Made by a program: the position numbers and the translations under genes
Notes under the pieces: generated by a model
Database searches by the model: none
What the model saw: only the letters and a program-made list of their open reading frames with translations
What the model was told of the DNA's origin: nothing
Assembly: GCF_018350175.1 (NCBI RefSeq)
Contig: NC_058382.1
Span: 49,168,001 to 49,232,000 of the forward strand
DNA: 64,000 nucleotides
Reading direction: 5' to 3'
Source: Felis catus
Lineage: Eukaryota
Part shown: one piece after another, positions 62,668-64,000 of the stretch
Numbering within the stretch: the first letter of the stretch is position 1
Layout: each line of letters opens with the position of its first letter

Positions 62668-63255
62668 GCTATGTTCTGAACGTGTTCCCCCCACCCCCCC
62701 TCAAATTCATAGGTGAACAGAAACATCACTGCCAATGCGATGGGATTAGGAGGTGGGGCCTTTGGGAGGTGATTGCATCATGAAGCGGGAACCCTCCTGA
62801 ACAGGACTAGTGTCCTTATAAAAGAGACTGCACGGGGTGCGTGGGTGGCTCAGTCGGTTAAGCGTCTGACTTCAGATCAGGTCATAATCTCGTGTTTCTT
62901 CAGGCTCTGTGCTGACAGCTCAGAGCCTAGAGCCTGTTTAGGATTCTGTGTCTCCCTCTCTCTCTCTGCCCCTCCCCGACTCATGCTCTGTCTCTCTCTC
63001 TCAAAAATAAATAAACATTAAAAAAAAGCGGGGGGGGGGGGGGAAAGAAGGGCAAAGACTGCACCTAGCTCCTTCCCCTTTTGGCCATGTGAGGACATCA
63101 TAAGATATTTGAGACCTGCAAGAGAGGACTTCACCTGACCAGGCTGGCATCCTGATCTGGGACTTTTAGTCTTTTGAACTGTGAGTAATACATTTCCTAT
63201 TTTTTATAAGTCACCCAAGCTGTGATGTTTGATTAAAACGGTCCAAATGGCTGAC
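62668..63255 (+). mobile_element. MaLR LTR (MLT1A/MST-like) interrupted by a SINE
   Basis: tgctatg...ttaggaggtggggcctttgggaggtgatt...gaactgtgagtaatacatttc; agactgcac duplicated around the SINE. Confidence 0.8.
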
Positions 63256-63714
63256 GCTTCTGGGAAGGGTGACTTTGTTTCGGTGGCATAAGGGAGAGGG
63301 AGGGACGATCCCAATGAAGCCAGCAGAGCCTGGGGGTTATTGATGAAAGCTGTTAACAACCCGGGATCGGGATCGGTGGGGCTGGGGGTAGGGCAGGAGG
63401 GACAGGAAACCCAAGCAGAGAAATCTTAGCAGACAAGACTTAAAATCACATCTGTGAGGGAGACGTGAAACAACCGAAGATGATTCGCTCGGAGACCAGA
63501 AGACTTCAGAGATGTAACTGTCATCAGGTGCGAGTTCCCAACACCCAGTGGTCTGAGGACAGCCCGCAGTCGCTGAGGGTCTCCTTCCCTTTCCCCATTC
63601 ATTCTTTGACTTCATGGTGACGTCAGCTCTGGTCACTGTTTTCTCCAAGCCTAACCTCACCCTCTTAGCTTTACTTTTCCCCACAAGCCACTCCTTTGGC
63701 CAGACTTCCTCTCC

Positions 63715-64000
63715 CTTTTTAAGAATAATAGTCTCACTGAAATATAATTCACATGCCGTACAATTTACCCACTTAAAGTGTATAATTCAGTGGTTTCTAG
63801 TATACTCAGGATTGTGCCACCATCACTAGTCAATTTTAGAACATTTTCATCCCCCCAAAAAGAAACCCTGTATCCATTACCAGTCACTCCCCACTTTCTT
63901 CCACACCCCCGCCACTTTGCAACCCGTGGAAACCACAAGTCTATGTTCTGTCTATGGATTTGCCTATTCAGGACAGTTGATATAAATGGACTCATAAAAT
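63715..64000 (-). mobile_element. L1MB-like 3'UTR fragment
   Basis: gaaatataattcacat...tttaaagtgtataattcagtgg...tgcctattc. Confidence 0.75.

Noticed and set aside
1..64000. Prokaryotic-type systems (CRISPR arrays, operons, defence islands)
   Set aside because: Sequence is clearly mammalian with spliceosomal introns; no regularly spaced repeat-spacer array

Overview
Mammalian genomic DNA from a felid, judged by abundant cat-type tRNA-derived CanSINEs and carnivore L1 ends. It covers the syntenic block FA2H-MLKL-RFWD3, all on the minus strand. It holds the complete 13-exon RFWD3 (FANCW) gene (promoter CpG island ~42.0-42.7 kb, polyA signal at 103-108), the last three coding exons and 3'UTR of FA2H (56.3-62.4 kb), and between them a decayed unitary MLKL pseudogene. 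Four C-lobe pseudokinase exons of MLKL survive with stops, dead splice sites and a SINE insertion. No trace of the executioner four-helix-bundle or N-lobe exons was found, while a probable non-coding exon 1/promoter remains. RFWD3 exon 8 carries an apparent 1-nt deletion frameshift (assembly error or true allele). RFWD3 intron 2 holds an RPS11 processed pseudogene nested in an L1 and split by a SINE. I found no evidence of a wholly new biological system; nearly all short ORFs in the track are repeat-derived noise. Comparisons with human proteins are from recall, not from a run alignment.
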